From an uncultured Gemmatimonadales bacterium (GTDB lineage Bacteria; Gemmatimonadota; Gemmatimonadetes; Gemmatimonadales; Gemmatimonadaceae), in assembly GCA_963793305.1 (NCBI GenBank), contig CAWBZV010000003.1, forward strand, positions 864,001-928,000: a DNA stretch of 64,000 nt, written 5' to 3'. Position 1 is the stretch's first letter. Every line of letters starts with the position of its first letter. Shown piece after piece: positions 32,178 to 41,948 of this stretch. The translations under genes were made by a program, and so were the position numbers. Below the pieces are notes generated by a model, which saw nothing but the letters and a program-made list of their open reading frames with translations, had not been told where the DNA came from and did no database searches.

Positions 32178-34195
32178 TGCGCCGCCTTCCGGATCTCACG
32201 ATCCCCTGAGCGCGACGCCTGGGCGACGATCTTGATGACCTTGGGTTCGTCGGGCCAGCGAGTCTTGAGCGTCGCCAACGCCGCGAGCATCGCCCGGGAC
32301 TTTGGCGCGAGCTTGTCTCGTCGCAACCACCGCGTGCGCTTCACCGCGAGCCCCCAGAGACACGTGAACGCCGCTGGCACCGTCGTGGAGCCGATCGCTT
32401 GAATCGCCATCGTCTCGAGCTCCGTCGGGAGCGTCCCGGCCACGAGCTTCGCGACGAGCTTGGGAACGACCGCCGGCGGACACTCACGGAGCGCTGCGTC
32501 GAGCCCCATGCGAATGAGCTGTGGGTCGTTGTCCGTCACGGCGACCGTGATCCCCATCACGCGCGTCTGCGCTCTCTTGAGCATCAGCTTGAGCGCCTCG
32601 CGCCGCACGCGGACGTCAGAGTGCCCCGCGTAATCGGCGGCCGTGAAGTCGTCCGGCCACACCTCGAGCGTATTCATGAGAATCAGGAGGTTCCGCTGCG
32701 CATACCACGGGGCGCCGGGCAACCGTTGCACGAGCGCTGGCCCGATCCCTTGGCCGAGGGCACCCAGGACGTCGAGGATGCGTCGGCGGGCGGCGCGGGA
32801 GTCGGACTCGATGAGCGCGTCGAGCAACAGCTCGGTCGCCGATTGGCCAACGCGCTTCGCGAAGTCGCCGATACGCTTCACGTCGACGTTGGGCGACGCC
32901 AGCAACTGCCGGAAGTGCTCCGGCGTCGCGATGCGCGTCCGGATCACGCCCGGGAGCGGGTTGTCCAATGGACACCAGTCCAGCGTGTCGAGGACGAACG
33001 TGATGTCCCCGCGCTCGATCAATGCGTCGATCGCCTCCCAGAGCGGCGGCGCCGTGTTCCTGAGCTCGAGGCAGATCTCGAGGATCCGCTCGGGCTCACT
33101 GACCTGCGTGATGCCCGATTGGATCGGGCCCGCCTGGACTGGGCGCGACAGGTCGTCGAGCGCGTCGCCATAGGCCTCGGACGTCGGGTCGGGCAGCGTC
33201 CACCCGTCGATGAGCTCGCGCACTTGATCGCGGAACGCGGCGTCGGTCGGCCCGCGGAGCGGGGGAGCGCCGCGCTGCGCGTGGCTGGCGAGCTTGACCA
33301 GGAGTCGCATCATGGGCTGCGAGATCACGCGCCGCGAGACGTTCGCGGCCGCGACCGCGATCGACATCACGGCCTCGATCGCCATGCCCGCGGTCGCGTC
33401 CATGAGGAACGCTCGCCGCTGGGAGAGGTCGCCGCCCATCGTCAGCAACCGCTGCAAGGCATCCGGGCTCAGATTCGCGACGAGGCTCGACACGCGACCG
33501 CGCAGGGCAACCGTGTCCTGTCCTTCGGTCGTACGCAGTTCGTCGGCGATCTGGAGCAGGTAGCCGACGACGACCTGCTCGTACGCATCCGTGCTCTTGA
33601 GGGTCGTTTGCTGGTTGATGGCATCGGCCATCGCTTTCGGATCGGTATTCGCCTGCGATTTGCCGTCGGCGGCGACGTTGAGCGCGGCTTGCGCGAGCGC
33701 GAGCCAGAGTTGCGCGGCGCGGGGCACGCGGCGTGGCTCGCCTTTGTTCGCGCCGGGCTCATCTTCGACGAGCGTCAGGCGGTCATAGGCCTGACGATAG
33801 AGCTGGATGTGATTCCAGATTGGCTCGGTGGCCGAAGCGGGGTCCGGCTCGCGCGCCAGGCGCATCAGGAGATCAGCGAGCTCCGCGGGCGTGAGACCCG
33901 GGATGAACTTGACGCCCGCGATCCGGTGGGAGTGCAGCCGGCCCGCGAGCGCGCGCAGAAGGTTATTGCGGGCGTCGGTGGCGACGCCGTCGATGATCAG
34001 TTGGTCGCGGGCGACGCCCACGGTGAGCGTGTGTCGCGTCGCGAACAGGGGACCGAGTCGCTCGAGCACGCGCTGCTCCAACGTCTCGAGCGACGGATGC
34101 CCGCCCGGGTACATCGCTCGCCGTTGAGAGCCGACTGCTAGCTCGAGCAGGAAATCGATCAGATCCTTGCTCGGCTGCGCGACAATAGTGGTCAC
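32174..34195 (-). CDS. HEAT/armadillo-repeat protein
   Basis: C-terminal helical repeats (PWYAQRNLL, HSDVRVRREAL); 4-nt overlap with the HD-GYP start. Confidence 0.8.
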   Translation of the reverse strand: MTTIVAQPSKDLIDFLLELAVGSQRRAMYPGGHPSLETLEQRVLERLGPLFATRHTLTVGVARDQLIIDGVATDARNNLLRALAGRLHSHRIAGVKFIPGLTPAELADLLMRLAREPDPASATEPIWNHIQLYRQAYDRLTLVEDEPGANKGEPRRVPRAAQLWLALAQAALNVAADGKSQANTDPKAMADAINQQTTLKSTDAYEQVVVGYLLQIADELRTTEGQDTVALRGRVSSLVANLSPDALQRLLTMGGDLSQRRAFLMDATAGMAIEAVMSIAVAAANVSRRVISQPMMRLLVKLASHAQRGAPPLRGPTDAAFRDQVRELIDGWTLPDPTSEAYGDALDDLSRPVQAGPIQSGITQVSEPERILEICLELRNTAPPLWEAIDALIERGDITFVLDTLDWCPLDNPLPGVIRTRIATPEHFRQLLASPNVDVKRIGDFAKRVGQSATELLLDALIESDSRAARRRILDVLGALGQGIGPALVQRLPGAPWYAQRNLLILMNTLEVWPDDFTAADYAGHSDVRVRREALKLMLKRAQTRVMGITVAVTDNDPQLIRMGLDAALRECPPAVVPKLVAKLVAGTLPTELETMAIQAIGSTTVPAAFTCLWGLAVKRTRWLRRDKLAPKSRAMLAALATLKTRWPDEPKVIKIVAQASRSGDREIRKAAQ

Positions 34196-34248
34196 GCTTA
34201 GACGACGACTTCCCTCTCAAATTGGAACGTTCCAATGTTCCGTAAATG

Positions 34249-35142
34249 CTACACGGCCGTCGCTGCCATCCCCATCACATGATATCCCTTGTCGACGTAC
34301 ACCGTGGTACCAGTGATCCCACTGCCCAGCGGGCTCGCCAGGAAGGCGGCAACGTGCCCAACTTCTTCGGCGTCCAAAGCCTCGGGCAGAGGGGTGTTCG
34401 CGGCGCAGTACTCGACCATCCGTTCAATAATGCCGATCGCGCTCGCGGCTCTCGACGCGAGAGGGCCAGCCGAGATGGTATTGACTCGCACACCAAATTT
34501 GCGCCCGGCCTCGTATGCGAGCACCCGGGTGTCGCTCTCCAGGGCGGCCTTGGCGCTGCTCATCCCTCCGCCATATCCGGGGATCACTCGCTCACTCGCC
34601 ATATACGTCAGCGACAGCACCGAGCCGCCAGGCCGCATGAGGGGACCGAGCCGATTCACGACCGCCACGAGCGAGTACGCGCTCACGCTCAGTGCCGTGA
34701 GGTATCCCGCACGGCTGGTCTCGAGCAGCGGCTTTCTCACTTCAGGAGCGTTGGCCAGCGAATGGACGACGATATCGAGAGGTTGGGAGCCGAAGTCGGC
34801 GGTGATACGCTCCACGAGCCCGGAGATCGTAAAGTCCCCAACGTCCTTGTACCGCTTATTCGTCGCGATATCCGCGGGGACGTCAGCCAGCGTGTCGTAC
34901 GCGGCGTCGAGCGGATAAATCTTCTCGAAATTGAGCTTCGACCCATCGCGCATGGTGCGCGACTCATCCAACTTGCCACGTTCGATCAAATTCAAGAAGA
35001 TATTGAGCGCCGGCGGCCACGTCCCGACGGAAACGCTGGCGCCTGCCTCGGCCATCGCTTTCGCGATCGCGAATCCAAATCCGGCGTCGTCCGCCACACC
35101 CAGGACGAGGGCGCGCTTGCCCGCGAGGTCGATAGGGAGCAT
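34249..35142 (-). CDS. fabI: Enoyl-ACP reductase (plant/chlamydial-type FabI)
   Basis: [48 protein letters not shown]. Confidence 0.93.
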   Translation of the reverse strand: MLPIDLAGKRALVLGVADDAGFGFAIAKAMAEAGASVSVGTWPPALNIFLNLIERGKLDESRTMRDGSKLNFEKIYPLDAAYDTLADVPADIATNKRYKDVGDFTISGLVERITADFGSQPLDIVVHSLANAPEVRKPLLETSRAGYLTALSVSAYSLVAVVNRLGPLMRPGGSVLSLTYMASERVIPGYGGGMSSAKAALESDTRVLAYEAGRKFGVRVNTISAGPLASRAASAIGIIERMVEYCAANTPLPEALDAEEVGHVAAFLASPLGSGITGTTVYVDKGYHVMGMAATAV

Positions 35143-36316
35143 GGCTCAAGATAGTCGCCCCGGTCCGTCCTTCGCCCGTGGCCTGTGGCGCGTCGCGGCC
35201 GCCGATGTCTCGAGCGGCAACCGCGTCCGTTTGCTGCGCGACGGAGCGCCGACGTTCGACGCGATGGTCGAGATGATCGACAGCGCGCAGTCGGCCGTGG
35301 ACCTCGAGCAGTACATCTTTCGCGCCGACGAGGTCGGCCAGCGCGTCGCGGATGCCCTGACCACCGCGGCGGCTCGCGGTGTCACGTGTCGCGTGCTCGT
35401 CGATTGGATCGGCATTCGCGGCACACCATGGTCGTTCTTCCGCCGCCTGCGCACCGCGGGCATCACCGTGCGGGTGTTCAACCCGTTCGGATGGCGGCGG
35501 TGGCTCGGCGTCGTGCCGCGTGATCACCGCAAACTCCTCGCCGTCGACGGGGCCCGTGGCGTCACCGGTGGCATCGGCATCGGCAAGGAATGGCGCACCG
35601 GCGTCCTCAAGCGCCGCCGATCTCCCTGGCGCGACACCGCGGTCTGCATCGAAGGGCCAGCGGGCGCCGACATGACCCGCGCGTTCGAGCACATGTGGAA
35701 ACGCGCCGCTCCGCGGCGCGTCGATGCGGCGCAAGCGCCGCTCGACTGGTCGGTTGGACAGATCTCGGCTGCGCCGAGCTCCTACGGCACCGAACGCCGG
35801 GGGTCGGCGCGTCTGATGACTCGCAAGGCTCGTGGTACGCACCTCGACCCGACGACCGACGAGCCGGCGCTCGTTGGCCTTATTGAAGGCGAACCCGGTC
35901 GCCTCCGCGTCTCACGCGCCCTCCAGATCCAATCCGTCTCGGCCGAGAAATCGATCTGGATCGCGAGCGCGTATTTCGTCCCGTCGTTCTCGGAAGTCGA
36001 AGCGCTCACGGGCGCCGCGCGCGATGGAGTGGATGTCCGTCTCTTAGTCCCGTCTCGCTACGACCATCCATGGGTACGCCTGATGACGGTGCACTTCTAT
36101 CGGCGCCTGCTCATGAACGGCGTCCGCATTTGGGAATGGGCGGGCGAGATGATGCACGCGAAGACGAGCGTGGTCGACAGTCGCTACACACGAGTAGGCT
36201 CCACAGACCTGAACCCGCTCGGTCTCGCGATCAACTTCGAGCTCGACGCGGTCATCGAAGATGCCGCGTTCGGAGAGCAAGCCGAGCAGATGTTCTTGTC
36301 GGACCTGGATCAGTAG
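35141..36316 (+). CDS. Phospholipase D / cardiolipin synthase (ClsB-like, no N-terminal TMs)
   Basis: Two HKD motifs, HRKLLAVD and HAKTSVVD; start codon uncertain. Confidence 0.88.
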   Translation: MAQDSRPGPSFARGLWRVAAADVSSGNRVRLLRDGAPTFDAMVEMIDSAQSAVDLEQYIFRADEVGQRVADALTTAAARGVTCRVLVDWIGIRGTPWSFFRRLRTAGITVRVFNPFGWRRWLGVVPRDHRKLLAVDGARGVTGGIGIGKEWRTGVLKRRRSPWRDTAVCIEGPAGADMTRAFEHMWKRAAPRRVDAAQAPLDWSVGQISAAPSSYGTERRGSARLMTRKARGTHLDPTTDEPALVGLIEGEPGRLRVSRALQIQSVSAEKSIWIASAYFVPSFSEVEALTGAARDGVDVRLLVPSRYDHPWVRLMTVHFYRRLLMNGVRIWEWAGEMMHAKTSVVDSRYTRVGSTDLNPLGLAINFELDAVIEDAAFGEQAEQMFLSDLDQ

Positions 36317-36324
36317 TAAGGAGA

Positions 36325-37491
36325 TCACGCGCGTTCCGTGATCGCCGCGCTGGCTATCCGCGCCGCTTCGGCCAGCACCGCCGCGCCGACGAAGATGCTG
36401 TCCTCGGCCGCATAGAACCGCGGCGAATGCGCGGCGTGTCGTTCGCCGCCGGGCTCGCGCGCGCCGATCCGCAAGAAGGCGCCGGGGATGTGCTCCAAGT
36501 ACACGGCGAAGTCCTCGCCACCCATGTTCGTGGTCCCGAGCGGAACGACGCCCTGGGGCCCAAGCACGCGAACGGCGGCCTCGCGCGCCCATCCGGCCGC
36601 ATCGGTCGGGTTGACCAACGGTGGCGTGCCCTTGTTGAGCGTGACCTTGGCGGTAAGCCGGTACGCTCCGCCAACGTCCCGCGCGAGCCGCTCGACTTCG
36701 CCGTTGAGCAGCGATCGGGTATCAGGATCGGTCGCCCGCACGGTTCCGGTGAGGGTCGCGGTCTCGGGGATAATGTTCGGCGCCGTGCCGGCCTGAATCG
36801 TTCCGACGGTGACGACGCCAGGCGCGGCCGGCGAGAGGCGCCGGGACACGATTGTCTGCAACGCCGTCACCAGCGCCGCTGCGCCGACTATTGGGTCGGC
36901 GGACTCGTGTGGCCGCGCCCCGTGCGCGCCGCGTCCAGTGAGCACGATCTCGAACGTGTCGGCCGAGGCCGCGAGCGGGCCGGCGTCGGCCACGACCTCG
37001 CCTACTTGGAATCGCCGGTCGACGTGCCCGCCGAAGATCGCGCGGACGCCTTCCAGCGCGCCGCTCGCCACGATCGCCCGCGCGCCCTCGCCGACTTCCT
37101 CGGCCGGCTGAAAGACAACCGTCACGTCTCCCGCCGCGCGGTCCTTCGCGAGGAGCACGGCCGCGCCGACGGCCCACGTGGCGTGGATGTCGTGGCCGCA
37201 GGCGTGCATCACGCCTTTGTGCTCCGACGAGTACGGGAGCCCGGTCGCTTCTTCGATCGGCAGCGCGTCGATGTCCCCACGGACGGCGGTCTGTGCGCCG
37301 CCGCGGGTCCCCGGGATCCGCGCAATCAGGCCCGTGTCGGCCACGTGCTCGACATCGCTCACCCCGAGCTGTCGCAAAGCATGCTCGATGCGGCGCGCGG
37401 TCTCGGTCTCGCGCCAGGACAGCTCCGGAAACCGATGCAGCTCCCGCCGGAGCGCAATCAGCGCGGCGCGTTCGTCGTCGGTAAATGGCAC
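36325..37491 (-). CDS. M20D amidohydrolase
   Basis: RRELHRFPEL, RGDIDALP, MHACGHD, FQPAEE, GEDF. Confidence 0.93.
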   Translation of the reverse strand: MPFTDDERAALIALRRELHRFPELSWRETETARRIEHALRQLGVSDVEHVADTGLIARIPGTRGGAQTAVRGDIDALPIEEATGLPYSSEHKGVMHACGHDIHATWAVGAAVLLAKDRAAGDVTVVFQPAEEVGEGARAIVASGALEGVRAIFGGHVDRRFQVGEVVADAGPLAASADTFEIVLTGRGAHGARPHESADPIVGAAALVTALQTIVSRRLSPAAPGVVTVGTIQAGTAPNIIPETATLTGTVRATDPDTRSLLNGEVERLARDVGGAYRLTAKVTLNKGTPPLVNPTDAAGWAREAAVRVLGPQGVVPLGTTNMGGEDFAVYLEHIPGAFLRIGAREPGGERHAAHSPRFYAAEDSIFVGAAVLAEAARIASAAITERA

Positions 37492-37534
37492 ACCGGAGCT
37501 TGCGCCACGGCCCGCGAAGTGGCAAGAGTGCACC

Positions 37535-38110
37535 GTGCCGAATGCTTTGTTTGTCTTTTCGAGGGTCGAGGGCCCGGCGGCCGAGTGGATCCGGGATGTC
37601 CAGCTGCGCTATGACCCAAAGCTGGCGGCGATGCACGAGCCGCACCTGACGCTGGCCGGTTCGTCAGGCGTCGGCCCGATCGCCCCTTCGACTCCGATCG
37701 ACGAGGTCCGCGCCGCGATGATCCGTGTGGCGACCGAAACACCGCCCCTCTCGTTGCGATTCAGGCCACCAACGCGCTTCATGCAAACCGAGATCGTGAG
37801 CCTCCCGCTCGATCCGAACGGCCCGATCCGCGATCTACACGAACGCATTGCGCGCAGCGGCCTCTCCTTCGCTCGCGCGCGATTCACGTTCACGCCGCAC
37901 GTGACGCTGAGCTTCTATCCGACGCTCACCCGCGAGCGCGCCCGCGAGCTGCTCTCGCTCCGCATCGACGACCCGGCCGTCTTCACGACCCTGACCGTCT
38001 CGGCCACCGACGACCCGATGCCGCCGCAGCCGCTGTTCGAGCTACCGTTCGGAGGCGTCGGGGGGCGGTCCCCAGACGATCCCATCGCGAGTTCGGACGA
38101 GCATGGGTAA
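37535..38110 (+). CDS. 2H phosphoesterase (2'-5' RNA ligase-like)
   Basis: Two HxT motifs, PHLTL and PHVTL. Confidence 0.85.
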   Translation: MPNALFVFSRVEGPAAEWIRDVQLRYDPKLAAMHEPHLTLAGSSGVGPIAPSTPIDEVRAAMIRVATETPPLSLRFRPPTRFMQTEIVSLPLDPNGPIRDLHERIARSGLSFARARFTFTPHVTLSFYPTLTRERARELLSLRIDDPAVFTTLTVSATDDPMPPQPLFELPFGGVGGRSPDDPIASSDEHG

Positions 38111-39550
38111 GTGGAGGAGCGCCGCGATCGTATCCGGCGTCGCATAACGGCTCATCTCTTCTGGACGGAGCGAGAATGTCGGCAGCCGCGAGGGCCAGCC
38201 GATCAGCACGCCGTGCGTGCGGGTCATTGCGGCACCGAGCGCCTTGATCGTGTCGGTGTTGAACACGAGCGGCAGGTTCCGTGTCCTCCGATCCGTCACG
38301 CGCCAGACGCGGGCATTCCAGTTCGTGTAGATCTCGCGGTGATACGGGTCCGCGCGCACCCAGGACAGAACCGCCGATGCCCGTGCCGTCGCATCATAGA
38401 CGAGCGTCTCGCGCGCCGCATCGCTTAAGAATTTCGCGCTCCCGTACGTGGCCGCGCCGAGCCAGGCGACAATGGTCGCGGTCACCAGGATTCTGTGCCT
38501 CGGCCAGGTCACTCCAACGCTCGTCGCCGCCGCGATGGCGAGCAACACGTCGGTCACGGAGAAATTGCGGAGCTCGAAATTGTTCGGCCAATCCATCACG
38601 AGGCGGTCGGTGATGTAGACCAGATTGTAGAGCACGAACACGAGGCCGAGGACGGTCAACAACGGCCTGGCCCTTGTGTCTCGCCAAGCACACACGAGTA
38701 GCGCCACGAACAGCGCGACCATGATGACCTTGACGAGGACAACCCAAGCCCCGGACACCGTGTCGGGCATAGGCCAAAACCACCAGAGATTGATGCCCAG
38801 AAGTTTTCGCAAGAGCGGCATGGCGGGCCCATACCACCCAAAGTGTCGCGCATCGCCGCCGTGATTCGCGGCCACATACGCCAGCCAGATCCCTTCGAGG
38901 ACGACGCTCGGCACGAACGCCAGCGTTGCGCGCGCAACGCGCACGCGTAAAGTCCCGGGTCGCGAGAAGGCCCACAGAGTGGCGGCGCCGGTGAGCGCGA
39001 CTCCAATGAGCCTGACGCCGAGCGAGAGAGCCGCAGCGGCGCCGTAGGTGAGCGGCCGGTCGGGTCGCTTGACCATCAAAGCGATCGTCGCCACAACGAA
39101 CACCGTAAACACGGGCTCACTGAACACTATTGTGTGCGTGAACACGACAAACGGCGAGATCATCACCATGATCCCGGCCAGTGCACCGGCGAGGGTCCCG
39201 ACGATGCTGGCCACGAGCAGCACGGTGATGCCGACCGTGAGCCCGAGGCTGACCGCACGAACGATCTTCGCCGCCGCATTCGGTGTCGAGCCGAGTTTGA
39301 TCGCGGTGCCCAGGGCGATGCTGAACCCAGGCGGATAGTGCGACGTGACCCCCAACGAGTCAGCGATGCCACCCTCCCACGGTCCGATGGGCGCCCGTAT
39401 CCCGCCGCCATGCGCAAACGTCTCGGCCGAGCCCAAATAGAACATGACGTCACCAGAGTCGGCCCACGACTTGGACTCTGGAGCCACGAGGATGCCGGCG
39501 GTGGCGAGACCCGCGAGCACCAGGGCGACGATCGTGGCGTGCGACCTCAC
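38042..39550 (-). CDS. GT-C-fold (ArnT/PMT-like) membrane glycosyltransferase
   Basis: DSGDVMFY after TM1, HYPPGF, FSEP, about 11-12 TMs; GTG start follows a TATACT box. Confidence 0.7.
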   Translation of the reverse strand: MRSHATIVALVLAGLATAGILVAPESKSWADSGDVMFYLGSAETFAHGGGIRAPIGPWEGGIADSLGVTSHYPPGFSIALGTAIKLGSTPNAAAKIVRAVSLGLTVGITVLLVASIVGTLAGALAGIMVMISPFVVFTHTIVFSEPVFTVFVVATIALMVKRPDRPLTYGAAAALSLGVRLIGVALTGAATLWAFSRPGTLRVRVARATLAFVPSVVLEGIWLAYVAANHGGDARHFGWYGPAMPLLRKLLGINLWWFWPMPDTVSGAWVVLVKVIMVALFVALLVCAWRDTRARPLLTVLGLVFVLYNLVYITDRLVMDWPNNFELRNFSVTDVLLAIAAATSVGVTWPRHRILVTATIVAWLGAATYGSAKFLSDAARETLVYDATARASAVLSWVRADPYHREIYTNWNARVWRVTDRRTRNLPLVFNTDTIKALGAAMTRTHGVLIGWPSRLPTFSLRPEEMSRYATPDTIAALLHLPMLVRTRDGIVWGPPPDASER

Positions 39551-39574
39551 GGGCTCAAGTATAGGTTCCGTGGC

Positions 39575-40744
39575 GTGATCGAGGTATCGGTCGTGATGCC
39601 CTGCCTCAACGAGGCAGAGACCGTGGGCCAGTGCGTGGCCAAAGCGCGCGCGGCGTTGTCGTCGCACGGCGTCGAAGGCGAGGTCATCGTCGCCGACAAC
39701 GGGAGCACCGACGGCTCGCAGGCGATCGCGACGGCGGCCGGCGCGCGGGTCGTTCCCGTGACCGAGCGCGGATACGGGAACGCGCTGATGGGCGGGATCG
39801 CCGCGGCCCAAGGCACGTACGTCGTCATGGGCGACGCCGACATGTCGTATGATTTTGGGGAGCTTCCCCGGTTTATAGGAAAGCTCCGGGATGGCGACGA
39901 GCTGGTGCAGGGATGTCGGCTGGCTGGCGGGGGAGGGACTGTGCTGCCTGGCGCGATGCCACCGCTGCACCGGTTCTGGGGCAACCCGATGTTCTCGTGG
40001 ATGGCACGCATGTGGTTCGGCGCCCCGATCCATGATGTTCATTGTGGACTGCGAGGGTTCACCGCTGATCTCTATCGCCGGCTCGATCTCACGTGCACGG
40101 GGATGGAGTTCGCGTCCGAGATGGTCATCAAGGCCAGCCTCGCGCGGGCGCGGATCAGCGAGGTGCCGATCACGCTGCACCCTGATGGCCGCCGCGGGCG
40201 GAAGCCGCACTTGCGCACGTTCCGCGACGGCTGGCGACATCTGAGCTTCTATCTGATCTACAGCCCGCGCTGGCTATTCCTCGCGCCGGGACTGGCACTC
40301 GTCCTGCTTGGGGTCCTCGGTTACGCGATCGCCATGCCGGGTCTCCGCATCAACGGGGTGACGTTCGACGTGTCGACGCTGCTCTTCGCGAGCCTCGGCT
40401 TCATCGCCGGGTACCAGTCGATCGTCTTCGCGGTGCTGACGAAAGTGTTCGCGATTGTCGAGGGTCTCTTGCCGCCCGACCCACGGATCGACCGCCTCGC
40501 GCGGATTTTCGAGCTGGAACGCGGCCTCGTGATCGGCATGTTGGTCGGAGCCGCCGGCATCGTCTTGCTCCTCATCGCCGTTTTGCAGTGGCGCGCGAAG
40601 GGTTTCGGCCCGCTCGATTACGAGGTGACGTTGCGCTGGGTCATTCCTGGCGTCACGCTAGCCGTTGTCGGTCTGCAGACGATCCTGGGCAGCTTCTACT
40701 TGCGGATCCTTCAGCTCGCGCGGCGGCACCAGACGAGGTACTGA
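39575..40744 (+). CDS. GT2 polyprenyl-phosphate glycosyltransferase (DPM-synthase-like) with C-terminal TMs
   Basis: VVMPCLNE, DNGSTDGS, DAD, DVHCGLRGF. Confidence 0.92.
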   Translation: MIEVSVVMPCLNEAETVGQCVAKARAALSSHGVEGEVIVADNGSTDGSQAIATAAGARVVPVTERGYGNALMGGIAAAQGTYVVMGDADMSYDFGELPRFIGKLRDGDELVQGCRLAGGGGTVLPGAMPPLHRFWGNPMFSWMARMWFGAPIHDVHCGLRGFTADLYRRLDLTCTGMEFASEMVIKASLARARISEVPITLHPDGRRGRKPHLRTFRDGWRHLSFYLIYSPRWLFLAPGLALVLLGVLGYAIAMPGLRINGVTFDVSTLLFASLGFIAGYQSIVFAVLTKVFAIVEGLLPPDPRIDRLARIFELERGLVIGMLVGAAGIVLLLIAVLQWRAKGFGPLDYEVTLRWVIPGVTLAVVGLQTILGSFYLRILQLARRHQTRY

Positions 40745-41388
40745 CCGCCAAGCGGTAGTCGCGACAGCGCCGGCTCCAGCCCTCTTAAAGCTGCCAGCAT
40801 TCGCGGAAAGAAGAATCGCGAGCTCGTTTCCATCACCTGAAACCCACCAGCCGTGAGCATGGCGCGCGCCTCGGGAGGCGTCAGCGTGATCGCGTCCTTG
40901 TCGAAGCTCACGCGGCTCATGATGTAGCGCGTGCCGGGATTCCAGGGATTGTTCTCCCAGAACGCGAATATCCCACCGGGTCTCAGCGCGGCGTACACGA
41001 ATCGCACCGCGGCGTCTCTCTCGGCCGGCGGTATGTGATGAAACACTCCGTTGGTGAACGCGAGATCGAATGGTCCGTGTACGTCCTCCGGCGGGACGAA
41101 GCGCGCGCGTGCTGACCCGTATTCCTCTCGCGCCCGTTCGAGTGATCGCGCCGAGACGTCGGCACCGGTGACCTCGGCGGCGTTGAGAGACGCGAAGATG
41201 TGAGGCGTCGCGTGGCCAACGCCGCAGCCGAAGTCGAGCACGCGCTTGACTTGGATGCCATCTCGCTCGACCAATCGTCGCACCCAGTCGAGCCGCTCCC
41301 GCGCATAGTACGCCATGCTTTCGCCGGTCACCGAGAGACCCCGCGCGAGCTCTTCCTCGTATCGGTCCGCGCACCCGTCGAACATCAC
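40711..41388 (-). CDS. Class I SAM-dependent methyltransferase
   Basis: VLDFGCGVG, GVFHHIP, WENNPWNP. Confidence 0.9.
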   Translation of the reverse strand: MMFDGCADRYEEELARGLSVTGESMAYYARERLDWVRRLVERDGIQVKRVLDFGCGVGHATPHIFASLNAAEVTGADVSARSLERAREEYGSARARFVPPEDVHGPFDLAFTNGVFHHIPPAERDAAVRFVYAALRPGGIFAFWENNPWNPGTRYIMSRVSFDKDAITLTPPEARAMLTAGGFQVMETSSRFFFPRMLAALRGLEPALSRLPLGGQYLVWCRRAS

Positions 41389-41867
41389 TGGAGCGCCTTT
41401 CGCACCGCCGCATCGACATCCTGTGTCGGGCCGGTCCCGGTATACACGACGGTCCCGTGCCGGTCGACGGCAACGAGGTACAATGTCCCAGGCACGTTAT
41501 ACGCGTCGACCGCCGCCCCATTCCCATCGAACAACACAGTCCCAGCGATGCCGTGCTCGCGCGCGAATTGCTTGACGTCATCGGGTGTCTCGTCAACGTC
41601 CACCGCCACGGTCACGAACGTCACACGCCCCTGATACTTATCGGCAGCCGCATGCAACGCCGGCGCCAGCTCGCGACAGTTGCCGCACCATTTCGCCCAG
41701 AACTCGATGACGGTCGGTGTGTGGCCGAGGAATTTGCGGACATCCGTGGCCTTGCCGTCGAGCGTTGTCACCCCGGCGCCCGGCGCGTGCTGGCCGACGG
41801 CGATCCCTTGTGCGCTCGCCGTCAATGTCAGGATGCCAACTGCGCCAACTATCGTACGTATTCCCAT
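41385..41867 (-). CDS. TlpA-family thiol-disulfide reductase
   Basis: Signal peptide, FWAKWCGNC, cis-Pro in VPGT. Confidence 0.9.
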   Translation of the reverse strand: MGIRTIVGAVGILTLTASAQGIAVGQHAPGAGVTTLDGKATDVRKFLGHTPTVIEFWAKWCGNCRELAPALHAAADKYQGRVTFVTVAVDVDETPDDVKQFAREHGIAGTVLFDGNGAAVDAYNVPGTLYLVAVDRHGTVVYTGTGPTQDVDAAVRKALQ

Positions 41868-41948
41868 ACGATCCCCTCGGCGCTCGCCGTCAATGTCAGG
41901 ATGCCGACTGCCCCAACTATCGTTCGTATTCCCATACGATGCCTTCGG
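41813..41948. repeat. 68-bp imperfect tandem duplication covering the tlpA start and the upstream gene's stop
   Basis: 41813-41880 vs 41881-41948 differ at 5 positions; partial similarity extends back to ~41801. Confidence 0.95.

Noticed and set aside
2358..34141. Long alternative-frame or antisense ORFs (e.g. 2358-3932, 6952-8679, 32399-34141, 5' part of 28877-30715)
   Set aside because: Arg/Pro/Gly-rich shadows of real genes, expected at high GC, with no recognisable motifs
41813..41948. CRISPR array
   Set aside because: Only two adjacent 68-bp copies, no spacers, no cas genes; the repeat is coding sequence
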